Below, one piece after another: positions 39,463 through 51,822 of a stretch of 64,000 bases of DNA. A program made the position numbers and the translations under genes. Below the pieces are notes generated by a model, which saw nothing but the letters and a program-made list of their open reading frames with translations, was not told the origin of the DNA and did not search any database. The stretch comes from Paramecium tetraurelia (lineage: Eukaryota): assembly GCA_000165425.1 (NCBI GenBank), contig CT868665.1, positions 1 through 64,000 on the forward strand, written 5' to 3'. The number at the start of each line of letters is the position of its first letter. The stretch's first letter is position 1.

Positions 39463-42332
39463 TCATTGTCTCATTGGTTTTCCAACTTTCTAATAGTAGC
39501 TCTTGTTTTGATTTGTCTCTCAAAATTTCTTAAGCAATTAAGACAGTTCCACTTCCCTTACGGAACCTCCTTTAAGTTGATACATTTTGGATGGAATACT
39601 TTAGGGCAAGTATCACAACAGATGACTTTGCCCCCTTTGTTGCATTTCTTACACCTGTCTTCCCACTTAGTCTCCGTCTCAGTATACTAAGGTTTCACTT
39701 GATTTCTCTTTCTTAAATTTTTAGTCACTTACAATTGTGACTCCTGAACAAATTGGGGTTGAGGTTCAACGTTCTTTTTAATGATGATTTCTTCCACTTT
39801 CTTCTTTTCCCCCACAGGTAAAATTTATTATTGAATTTAAATCTTTTTTCTGTCAATGTAATCTTTAACTATCTACCCCAACACTTCTAAACAAATCTTC
39901 ATTTTGGCTAAGTTACAATCAAATTTCAATTGTTCTATTAGATTCTACCGGAGAGTCTCATAGTAGGTACCAAACAACTTCATAGGCAACTTTCGAACTC
40001 TCACTCTCCCAGTATCCATCTATTCTAATTATTGCAACATGGTTTAGGGCTACTCATCAACAGAGGAATCATCTTCAACAACCTTTCTCCTTCTGTTTGG
40101 TTAATAGGAATCCTCGTCATTTTCATTGAATTATTTATCATCCATCTCTTCCTCTAATCTGAGTTCCAACTTCTCTTGCATCATTGTGTTATCCACAAAG
40201 TATTCGATGGCTTTTCCCAAAGGTTACAGATCAATTTCATCGTACTCTTGGGAATTCTTTTTTTCCATAACATTCTAAAAATTCTTCAAGAATCCAGTCC
40301 TTTGTTCAGTACTGCACCACCTTGAATTTTTCTAATTTAAATATTGTGTCAAACTTGATTCGATTTCAATAAATTCATTGACAAGCTCATCCACATCTAA
40401 ATTGATTAAACTATTCATCCTTTCAATTTGTTCCTCACTTTAATTGTGACCCTCCTACTCAATATCTACTCTTTTACCATTCTTATGATTTTCCTATTCG
40501 ATTTAATCACTCTACTCCTAATTTAACTCATTGATTTATATCAACTTGGCCCTTTACAATTCAATAATGTTATTTTTCAGAGTGTTCTCTCGAACCCCTT
40601 TTGGACATAATGAATTAAGTAGATTTTGTATTTCAGTCTAATCATAAAAGCCCCATTATTGTTATGATCCATCGTCATCAATGATAGAATGTCTCATACA
40701 AACAAAGATTTTATCAGGCTCATATAGAAAGAAGTAATATGAACTGTGTTTGGCATCCTGACCTAAGCACATAGATGGATTTAACAATAAGGCTGGCATT
40801 TAAGTGATGGCCAATTCCTAATAAGAATTGTATGCTATTATACCTTGTCTTGTTGGTTATATCTTTCTGTTAAAGATGCTATTTCTTTTTCTAATTTTGA
40901 GTACTATTATTTTAATTTTAGTGCCTATTTTTAGGCTTGTTCCATTGATTTTGTAAACTTCTGCGTTTCGACTCTAGTCAAACCATCTTGTTGGAGTTGA
41001 GACTACGAAATAACATAAGAGAGAATACTTGGGCTATTGAAAAATTGCCTTCAGCTTCTATGATTTCTTTGTTGATATCAATTTACTGACTTCTTTGTTA
41101 TTTTATTTGTGTTCCCAATTGTTGCTTGATTCTGTTATTGGACAGGAGATTTTCAGTTCTGAATTGATACAGAAACTAAGTTTTCTTTAGGCCTGTTAAC
41201 CCATCAGACAAGGCTATAAGCAATTTACACACTTTTTTGATGTCAGTGTAATCACCAAAGTCTATCAAATCTTGTGCCAAATGTAATATTCCCTATTTAT
41301 AGATATTGGTGGGGAGTGACTTGATGTCATCTCTCAATAACTCGTAATATCGAACTCGATTGGTGAACCACATGTATCCGAGAAGGTGCCAATATGGGAT
41401 TTTCTATGGTTATATTTTGATATGAGTTACGTAGGATTGTTTTTGCATCTATTCCTAATCCAAATCCTCAATAATTTGTTTGAGATAGAAGTAGCAGAAG
41501 AAGAGGATCAATTCATCAGGTTTGGTTTTGATGAGATTATATATTTCGGACCTAGTTTTTTAACTATAGGGGGTGTGGTTGTCTCTGAAATGAATGAGGG
41601 TGCCAATGTTATTGACTTGGCTTTACTCTTGTTATATAAATCAATAGTGATACGTTCGGTTTGCTGTTCTCCTGCGTAGAGGATGTCGCTCACAATTTTG
41701 TCCATATAATTGTAGGTGTCCCATATTTTAAGGACGTCTTCGAAGAGGTTCTAGGGAAGAGTGGGATCAAGTTGGAGTTGTGGCTTCTTTTTGATTTCAA
41801 TGGTAAACAATTATTGGTATGCTGTCAGATATTCATCAAATATGGGAAAAATTACTCTTCCTTATTGGACATAGGTCGGATATTTTTATTGAAATTCAGT
41901 GTGTTTTTTCAATTTATCTTCCTGTGGTTAGAGGGTTTTCTGAAAGATTTCAGGGATTTGGCTAGTTTTCTTCTTTTTCTATGGTTCCGACTCTTTCAAT
42001 TTTCTCTTGGCCATTCTCTCGACACACGAGAGACAGTACCATTTGGAGCCGTCCTGGAATTGCGGCTCTTTGTTTTAAGTTCGTATGCATTCCTTGTGGT
42101 ATTTAAAGTGACACCTTATACAGATTATAGTTGGAGTGGATTGAGTAGTCACTTTGCATAATCGACATATAGATTTGTCACCGAATTGCTATTTGCCATC
42201 AATTGGCTTTTTCTAGTCTTGTTTCATAGCTATTTTGTTATCTTTCTTGTCCTTCTTCTTTTTTGGATTGTCTTCTACTTATGATTCCTCAATAATTTCA
42301 TCTTCAATGTTGACTTCCTCCTCACTGGCCAT
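39463..42332 (-). CDS. PHD-DDT-WHIM/WSD-PHD chromatin protein (BAZ/ACF1-like ISWI partner architecture)
   Basis: N-terminal PHD CRLC..CIRCHFKYHKEC..WYCLSC; DDT-like LFEDVLKIWDTYNY; WSD-like LGQDAKHSSYYFF..WGFYDQTEIQNLLNSLCPKGVRENTL; C-terminal PHD CKKC..VICCDTCPKVFHPKC..WNCLNC. Confidence 0.8.
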
Positions 42333-42538
42333 TAAGTATGTCTGTGAATTATTTCAAATAATTTAAAACTGTGAATCCAAAAGAAGTGCTATTAACTTAA
42401 TTACTAATATATTATAATATGCACATTTTTTTTTATAAACTTTCCTCAAGTGAGAGTGTTTTTTGGTCCTCAATTTTATTTCTCCTCCTCCTCCCTTTTC
42501 CACAACTTTGCTCACCCCTCATTTACATTAATATATAT

Positions 42539-44193
42539 ATGCAATAAAATAACAGTGCAATTAAACACCTCATTAAACCATTTTCTTTTGAACTTCCCCA
42601 ATCCGAATAATTCAACCCACTACTTTTAGACAATCTCAATTGGGATTACGTTCAGGCAAATCTGTAATTCATCATATCTCTCTATTCCCTAGGGATATAG
42701 CTCAATGTGGTCCATTTCTCAAAAACTTTGTGCAATCCAACTTCACCTCAGATACTATAAGAAACATGGAATTTCGACAATTCAAGAAAATGTTGGAGGT
42801 CTGCCAATTCGCTATGGATTTCTATACTCAAAATCAAGAGTAAAAAGAAATAGAAATAGATGAAAAGGTGCAAGTCTTGAGAAACAAACAGGAATAATTA
42901 GAGAAGCTGAAAGAAATCGAAAAATAACATATCGATAAGTAAAATACAATTAATAAGGAACTTGAACTCTTAAAGGCAGAAGCCAAGAAGGTCAAAGAAC
43001 AAGCAGTCAAGAATATCATATTCAAATGTCATCATTGTGACAAATGTTATACTTCCAAACAAGAATTGCTCAAACACATCGATAACAAACATGTGGAGAA
43101 GTAAAAGGATGACATAACTAATCCAGAATACTTGGGCTCGATGTTATAATAGTTGTAATAACAATAAACTCAATAATAACAATCAATGGCGAACACACAA
43201 CAAAGTTTCATGAAACAGCAACAATTTGGTAACACCATGTAATCCATGCCTGATCCCTTGATGATTGGAAGTGCTGGATTTTAGCAATTAAAGTAATAAC
43301 AAATAGAGAAGATGGAGCAAAAACAAAAGAGAAAGGAAGAAAGAAAAATCAAAAGAGAAAACGATAGAGATGAGAGGTAAAAAAGAATATTGTAACAGGA
43401 AGAATAAATGAAGCAATTCTAAAATTAAATGAAAGTCTTAATTGAATAGAAGGTATAAGAGATGGTTAAGTTGAACAATATGGTGGGATCATAACAACAA
43501 GCACAAATCATATAATAAAAAAAGTTGATTGCTGAATTGGAAGAGTTGAAATAGATGAGGTTTGTTCAAAAGGAGCAGAGCATTATTTAATTGGATCCGT
43601 AGTAAGTTAATTAATCTAAGAGCAATGATGATGAAAAGATCTTAAATATCATCGACAAAGAAGTCAATGATTTAGACATTTCATAATAGAGTCTGCATTC
43701 ACAGTAATTGTCAAGGGATCAAAAACTTCAGATCAATAAGAATCAAAAGGCTGGAGATCAATCAGGGATGATGAGTTTCCACAATTATTCGTATTCTTAA
43801 AATTCACAAAATATGATCAATGTTAAAACAGAAATGGGTAAGGCTCATTAAATCAAAAACAATCAATTAAATGTAGCTGAAATGGCACATGTGGGCGAGA
43901 TAGAGAGTGACAATGAAGTGTTGGATCAGGATGGCGATGCTTCATATTTGAGACCAGTGAACAAGAAGAGTGAAGTTTAGCAAGCGGAAATTGAATTCAT
44001 TGAAGCCATAAGGAAGAAGAAAATCTTAAAGGAGGATCCATAGGATGATGATGATGAAGATGATCGTGACTTCGATGATTTACTGAACAAGGAAAAGCAA
44101 AAACTATTGGGTCCCAATACTGAGTCTCAGACTAATAAAGAGTTGTTGGAATCTTTAAATAAGATGTAATAGCTGTCTAAAGACAAATCTTGA
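42539..44193 (+). CDS. DZIP1/Iguana-like C2H2 zinc-finger coiled-coil protein
   Basis: N-terminal LNWDYVQANLDI..FLKNFVQSNF..KMLEVCQFAMDF (Dzip-like), then FKCHHCDKCYTSKQELLKHIDNKH; 29-nt intron at ~42663-42691. Confidence 0.65.
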
Positions 44194-44272
44194 ATATAAT
44201 ATTATTCAAATTAACTTAGTGTATTATTTAGTAAACCCAAGAAATTGTGTATGTATTGATATTTTTATATTA

Positions 44273-45779
44273 ATGAAATCTGCAAATTCAAATTTGCCCA
44301 ATTCTATTCAACCTGATCAAAATGAAATCAACGAATACATCAAAGAGTATCTTCGATATTCCTCTTTCGCTAACACACTTGAATGTTTTGAAGCGGAAAT
44401 CAAGAGCAAATAAGTTTCCAATAAAGTATTCATCTGCTTAATTCTTCCTTTTAGATGCTTAATAAATAATAGCAGCAGAAGCAAATAGGGGATGAGGCTC
44501 CAAGACTATTTCAATTGTTTAAGAGTGACAATACGAAAACTAAAAGAGAAATCAATTTGGAGAAGGAATAAAAGGCCTTCAATAAAAAATATCAACAAAT
44601 CCTATAGGCTGGAAGACAGATCTTCTCTGTGAGTATCAATCTGCTCTAATTGTTGCATTCACTCAAGGAAACAGCCAAGAATGAGAACCTAAGTGAAACC
44701 TTGGAGAATTACAAAATTTAATTGGGGAAATATCATAAAGTGATCATCAATGAAGGTAAACCAGAAGGAACTGAATTGATTACTGAATAAGTTATGCATG
44801 AACACAAGACCAAATTGTTTAAGAACTTTCAAGATAAGCATGTAGATGGAATGATTGAGGTCTTATTGTCTCTAAGAGTCAATGCATTACAGATAGCACC
44901 TGAGTTGAGGAAGAATCTGGTCTATGAATTGATTAGAAATGATGTATTCAATATTGAGGCAACAGAGAAATTTGATTTTGTGGTTCATTTATTGGATATC
45001 AATAATCAGAGTCTGAGACACGCCATTACAAGTTTGATTAGTGTCATCAGTAGCACTTTGAGAGGAGTGGAATATCTCACATATAATGGGAATATGATTA
45101 TTATCGAGAAAATCATTAAAATTTTAAAGGAATAAGAGAATGGTTCTGTTACTTAAAGATTCTGTTTAGCAATTCTACAAAAAGCTAGTATTAAAGATAC
45201 TGTAATACCAACATATGTTCATAATGAAATGATTTAATGGATCATCTTATTAATACAAAAATCAATAAATACAAAAATTCATATATTTTGTCTTGATTTT
45301 GCATCTGCCACATTGGCGAATGTTATTCACACTCCATACACATTACAACATCTTGAAAAACAAGGGAGATTTGCTCATTAGGTTATGGAATAACTCTTAA
45401 AGTTCATGAAGGAATAGATTTAAGTAAGTGTACTGATGCATGTCCTAATTTGTCTGTCGTATTTGAGTAAGGAGAACTTTGCCAAGCAGATGGAAGAGTG
45501 CAGATTCGTGGAGAGAATCAGCGAATTCGTTGAGTATTACAGTGTAATCAATACAGGTACCGAATTATCAATATGATTTGAATAGAGAATGAAGCAGCGG
45601 AGATAGACAAAAAAACAGTGTTGGATTTGTGTGCTCATATGTTTCATCCAAAAGATACATCTCTTGATAATTCGGAAACGGTGGAGTTGAATGAATTAAA
45701 AACGGAGGACAGGATCAGGGAATATGAGAATGAGTAGGGAGAACTAATATTTGAATGTTTTTAGGATGAAGTGAGTTGA
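44273..45779 (+). CDS. ARMC9: LisH and armadillo-repeat protein, ARMC9-like (ciliary)
   Basis: LisH motif INEYIKEYLRYSSFANTLECFEAE; SSTLRGVEYL; TQRFCLAILQK; two introns. Confidence 0.7.
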
Positions 45780-46046
45780 TTTTGAAATTTATTATTCAAT
45801 CGATTAATTTAAAAAATTATTCTTGTCCCAAAATGTTTAGTTAAGGAACAAAATTAAAACACCTTTTCAAAAATGAAATAATCCCTGTTTATTTATCCAA
45901 AATTTGACCAAATTTTCCTTGAATATTTAATATCTAATTTTGAATGATTCTAAAATCTCTTCTCATCTACGATCTTATTATATATATAACTATAACTCAA
46001 TCTTTAATGTACAGAGTATTTTTAATAACTCTTAATACTGCTGAAA

Positions 46047-46544
46047 ATGGAATAAAATCCTGTTCCTATCTTTGAATAGACAAAGGATAAAACTAAGTAA
46101 AGAAAAGCTATTGATTAAGAGATAAAAACAAAGCTTATATTGAGTGTGGTTAATGATCGCCTTCCCATTTATTAGGTAATGAACAATTACAATAATTAAT
46201 TATTTTAGGCAGCTATTCTCCATAAGGTTAAATATTCATCTGCAAAACATATCCTCAGAAATTACTTCAATGACTCAGCTAACTTTTTCTCCACCCAAAG
46301 AAAGAGAAAGCGAAAAATACTCTGCAATAATGTCTTTGTTTTAATTGACGCATGTTCTGGAAAAATCAGTATCAGGAAACAGTAACCTCATTCGATGTCC
46401 TGTGCTCACAATGGAGTGACCCCAGTCTTGCAATAAAAATTCATCAGCCAACTCTCTAATGCCATCTATCAAGAAGTTCATCCGATTTAAAGTATAACTA
46501 AATTATTCAGTATTCCTAGAAAAACTCAGCAGATACACAAATGA
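46047..46544 (+). CDS. Small HTH (psq/homeodomain-like) protein
   Basis: KQRKAIDQEIKTKLILSVVNDRLPIYQ, intron, AAILHKVKYSSAKHILRNY; start and end approximate. Confidence 0.55.
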
Positions 46545-47941
46545 AGTCGATCATATTCAAAAAGACTTATATAAGTTATATGATATCATAAAAAGGCAGC
46601 ATAACGACATGACGAATTTAAAGGAATAATATTGAAATTATCAAAATTAATAATTATTTTACATTGAAATTATAGAACGAGGTGATACTTTTAGGTTAGC
46701 GAATTAATTTAAAAAAATATGTTTTGCTTATTCTCCCTTCTTAAATTCTTAACAAATTTCAATTTATTTCATTCCTCTGCAACTTACACACGACCTAATT
46801 TAAAATATTAAAATTTTGATTAATTAAAATATCAATTATCTCTTTTAAATTACAATAAAGAAACTATCATCTTCTTTATTGCTCTAATAAAATAAATCAA
46901 TATTTTCATCCTTTGAATAAATTGGCACCTTCTTCCTAATTTTTCACAAAACAATTTTATCTATATAATCTAAATTTTCATTCTTATTTCAAATTGTCTC
47001 TGCCCTTCAAGGGAATTAGCAATCTCTTTACTTTCGTTGTCCTTCCTGTTCCTACTCCCACCCGCATTCATATCTACTAGATCCAAGCATCCCATTCTGG
47101 GTAGTACTATATTTTAAACTATTCAAAATCAGTACATTAATTGCAATTCAGATTATTAATGAACTTCTTAAATTCTTTTTATCGATCTGGTGATAATAGA
47201 AATAAAAGAATTTACTTCTTCGTTTCTGAGAATAAAACTTATTCACACATGAATTAAGTATGAGATTCTCGTGATTATCTAAGTAGTACGCTTTTGGAGC
47301 AAGATTTAGATAAAACCTTAGATTAATCTATTCTTATTAATGAAAAAAAAGTATTGCATTTTTAGTCTTAATGCCAAGGATATGGTCTTAATACTTAGGT
47401 ACTGATGTTATCATTTCAATTAATGCACAAATATTATACTGTTGACAATAACATGATGAATTGAGCAAAAGTGATTCTGATTAGTAATGTTCATTTGATT
47501 ATATTTATCACTTATATTACTGCAACCTTCTTAAGAGCCAAGTAATTATTGATGTTTTCCTATTACAAAGTGTTTTTAAGGAATTTAGTCTCGTAAGTTT
47601 TGGAAAAGAGATTTCCACTAATTATCCAGAAATGTGATCATTGACTGGCAAATCAAGTAAGGCAAATTCTGCAAGGGATTTTCATTGAGTGGAGTGTTTT
47701 GATTGGCAAATTTGTTTTCTTGTGTGTTTTTTGATTGAATGGTTTAATTCTCAAATAAATTATATTGATGGAGCATGATATATATAATTGTATATAATTA
47801 GTGCTTTAATTAATGGAAATTGTATGTTAATAAAATTTAAATATAGCAATCAATACAAATTATTTAAGAGAACGACTATATATAATTAGTGAGAATCAAG
47901 TTATTAATAAATTATTAAATAACAAGTAAAGGATCAAGGAG

Positions 47942-49235
47942 ATGTTTCTAGATCTTGTATTTAATTTTTGCTGCTCGAAACGGCAGAGAGACGAAAAGGA
48001 TACAAAATCATAAAATAGCAATAAAAGTTAGGAGGAACAATTTTTGGAGCAAAGACGGATTGAGTTGGATATTGGCAAAACCGCTATGAATGAAATGATA
48101 AGTAGCAAAAATTATTGAAATTTTCAAGAGTCTAAGCCTGCATCATCGATTGGATCACCTACGGATAACTATCTACAATTAAATGAAGAAAAATAATAAA
48201 AAAAGAGTAGTTTCGAAGAAGACAACATTTAAGAGAATTAGTTCGATTATCAAATGGAGGATGCCAATAGAGGCAATCATTATCACGTGAAAGATCATTA
48301 AGGCGTTCGGTAAGAGGAAATAGATATTGTTTTATAATAGTTCCAAATCTCAGGAGAAGGTAGATAAGGGTTTGAAAAAGAAGATTAGCAAAGCAAAGGA
48401 GAAACAAGATGGAGACAAGAGGGTTGTGAAAATTTGGCAACCCGAAGAGGATTAACGTCTAAGAAAACTGTACTAAGAGTATTAGGGAAATTGGAGCAAA
48501 ATAATTCAATTCATGCCTGAACGAAATATTTCATAATGTTCGCAGAGATGGAGGAGGATTAACCCTATTCAAGTTATTATTTAGATGATAATGTTTAGAA
48601 TAAACAAAAGTGGAATTAAGAGGAAGATACAAAGTTGGTGTAACTGGTTGCTTAGGAAGGAAAAAATTGGACTAAGTTGGCCAGACACTTCTAAGGAAGA
48701 ACAGGCAAATAAATAAGAGAAAGATATCTCAATAAATTGGATCCCACACTCAATTTTGTACCTTGGACAGAACAAGAGGATCAGGAAATCGTTAAATATT
48801 ATAATCAATATGGGGCGAAGTGGAGTGTGGTTGCATCCCATTTAAAGGGGAGATCTGTACAATTATGTAATAATGTAGGAAAATATGGTGAAAAACAGAT
48901 TTTACTCACATATCTAAAAACACTTGTTGGGTCGACAGAACAAATATCAAATTATTTATAATTCTGGTCATAGCCAATAGAATGGGAATTAATAGCTATA
49001 AGAGGGAAGTTAAAATATGGATGTTGAATATTCTGATACTTCTAATAGCGAATAAAAGTTAGTGCATTCCGAAAATTATTCAGTATATATCAATTATTAT
49101 ATATAGTCTTCAATCGGATCGAGTACCTTTACTTTTTCTTATTATGAAGATGAGGATTTTAGCGGAAATGGTTAAGATTTAATCTATGATAATTAATTTG
49201 AATAGGATTTCGATGAAAAGGCCAGAGTTTATTGA
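47942..49235 (+). CDS. Three-repeat Myb transcription factor
   Basis: WQPEEDQRL..WSKI..RNISQCSQRW; WNQEEDTKL..WTKLA..RTGKQIRERYLNKLDP; WTEQEDQEI..KWSVVA..GRSENMVKNRFYS; four mini-introns. Confidence 0.88.
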
Positions 49236-49728
49236 ATATGTTATTTTTATAGAAATAATAAGTATCAATATCTTAAATGTTCTTTTTTGTATTATCACTA
49301 CCATTAATCTATAGTTCCTATTAGAGATTATCTTTTATGTTGAAACATACATCTATATTAAAATAATTTGACTATTTAAAATAACAGCATAGTTAATTAA
49401 AATAGACATAAAATTAATTTAAAATAATCCAATTTTGTAATAGGTATTTTTTAATTATTCAGCCATATATTGTTTAGTTTTTAATTGTGAATTATCATAA
49501 ATCAAAATCACTTAATTCAAATTGTTATTATATAGATGGGAGAATTATTAAATTAATCCAATTTCTATTTAATTCACTTGAAACATTCTAAAAATCAATG
49601 GATAAAAAGTAAAAGAGAGTTTCAATGATATCAATCTGTTCATTTTTATCCACCTAATGATATAATTTACAGTTAAAATATTTGAAATTAAGCATTTTTT
49701 TAATGATTTAAATTTAATTTATTCGTTA

Positions 49729-51001
49729 ATGGGAGCAGACCAGAGTGATGCAAATGAAATGAAGACATCATAATAGTACCAAATGTTCTTACTTTCCTAC
49801 TCTAAAGAAAGAGAATCTGATCATAACTAATTTGGGTTAGTAAAGTTGTACAACCACAATTAAGTAAATAATCTGTTAGAATTAGAATAATTCTATGATT
49901 TGTATTAAGAAATTATAGGCAAAAAGTGAGACAGAATTAACATAGATAACAAACCATTTGAGGAAGAGGAAAATTTATGTGCACCCTAATTTAGTCCAAT
50001 TATTGGCTGTGAGAACTAGCAATGAATAATCAATTTGTTCTGATTCTAGTTTAGTAATGGTGATTTCAGAGTTTTTTCCAGATTCATTGGATAGTGAGTT
50101 AAAAAAGAGAAGGCAGCCAGTAAAGAGATATCCTGAATCCCATATTTGGCTATTGATATAATAAATTGTAGATCCTTTAGCATTTTTGGAAGACTAGAAG
50201 TAAGTGCATGGAGATATCCAGCCTTAGAATATTTATTTAGATGAGAATGGAAGTGTAAAACTGGCAGAATCTAATTATTTTCCTGGAGGGTAAAATGGAT
50301 TTTAGAAAATGCTATTAATTAAGGATAAAGCCTATCTTTCTCCAATCCTATTGGATAACTATAGAAACATGAATTTTAAAGCACAACACAATGAATATAA
50401 AAGTGATGTATTCTCTTTTGGGATGACTTTGCTTGAAGTTCTTCTCTTAGAAGAGTCATATGATTGCATGGATTTTCAGAATGGATGTATAATATAAAGC
50501 TTGGTTGATTCAAAGTTATAAAAAGTAAGGAGATTAAACTATTCATAATTATTAACTAATTTTGTAAGAGAACTATTACAAATTGAAGAAAATTAAAGAC
50601 CAAGTTGGAGTGATTTGAAATAAGTAATCGATTAATTCAGGGATAAAATCTTCAATTTGATACCATTTTATCAAGAAAAACGATAGATGTCTCCTAATAA
50701 AGTTGTTTATTAATCAAGCTATGCGCCTCAACAATAAATATTGAGTTCACCCTAATCAAAAATACTCAGTTCTCCTAGATAACCATAAGTGTTATATCAG
50801 ACATATCATCAGCCATAACCATTATATTAAACTAAGCAAATGCCACAAATACCCATGCAATAATCAATATATTTTGAATCAGGCTAGAAACAAGTACCAA
50901 TAAAGAAGATAACAAAATTAGAAGATTCAGCCTCTAAATAAATACAATAACCAGAAAACAATTTAGAAAAGACTACTTTAAAATAATCTGACACTAAATG
51001 A
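49729..51001 (+). CDS. Pseudokinase with predicted N-myristoylation
   Basis: MGADQS..., ICIKK, HPNLVQLL, HGDIQPQNI, ESN at the DFG position, YLSP, KSDVFSFGMTLLE, QRP. Confidence 0.8.
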
Positions 51002-51039
51002 TATTATTATTATTTTATTATTTATATTAACCTTAAGTG

Positions 51040-51813
51040 AGAATATATATATCTTGGAGATTTCAAACAATCTTTAAATTATCAATATAATTACACTTGT
51101 ATTAACAAACTGTGGTTAGACTTTTTAAATTGTTAATGTTTCCACATGTTTATTGGTTAGATTTCTTGATTTCTTATTAATTTTGGAGATACTAGAGTTT
51201 CTCATTCATTAATCAATTACCTAATAGTATTTTTTGATTAAACTTAAGGATTTAATAAATTTTGACATTCTCTGCTAAGTACAACCAATAAATGAATATA
51301 TGGAGATAATTTCTTGTGAATGGCAACGTTGCTACATAACAGAAATGATATCATTCTTAAAATAGCAATTCTAAACATTCACTATTAAAAGGCAAGAACT
51401 CCCTAAAAGATTATAATACCTAGCAATTTAGCAATTAAAGTATGACATTTATCTGGAAGCAATATTACATTAACACACTCTTCCTCCACAAAGTTACATA
51501 CCCTGAATTCAGTTCCAATTGTAATGTAAGCTGGGGATTAGTCTCTACTTTGCCATCGACAATTGTAAATTTGAATTAAGATTACCTTACAAAAATTCAT
51601 ACATAACATCGTTAATAACATCTCCAAGGGTTTAATAAATATTTATCATAATGATTATGACAATCAATTCTGAGTTGAAGTGATTGGTGGATTAAGTTTA
51701 TTGAAAAACAAGTGATTTTAATTTGTTACCATCTATAAGTTTTGTTTTTTGATGGCGATAGCTCTTTGGTTGAAGGTTCCACCTATTTGGAAAATGGGTT
51801 TTGATTATTACAT
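51040..51813 (-). CDS. Putative uncharacterised protein (exon structure uncertain)
   Basis: Long code-6 open frame WNLQPKSYRHQKTKLIDGNKLKSLVF...AYITIGTEFRVCNFVEEECVNVILLPDKC; 3' end unresolved. Confidence 0.4.
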
Positions 51814-51822
51814 TTAATTAAA

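Noticed and set aside
46700..47900. Short open frames on the minus strand (e.g. MGCLDLVDMNAGG...)
   Set aside because: Short, no motif, and no supportable exon chain
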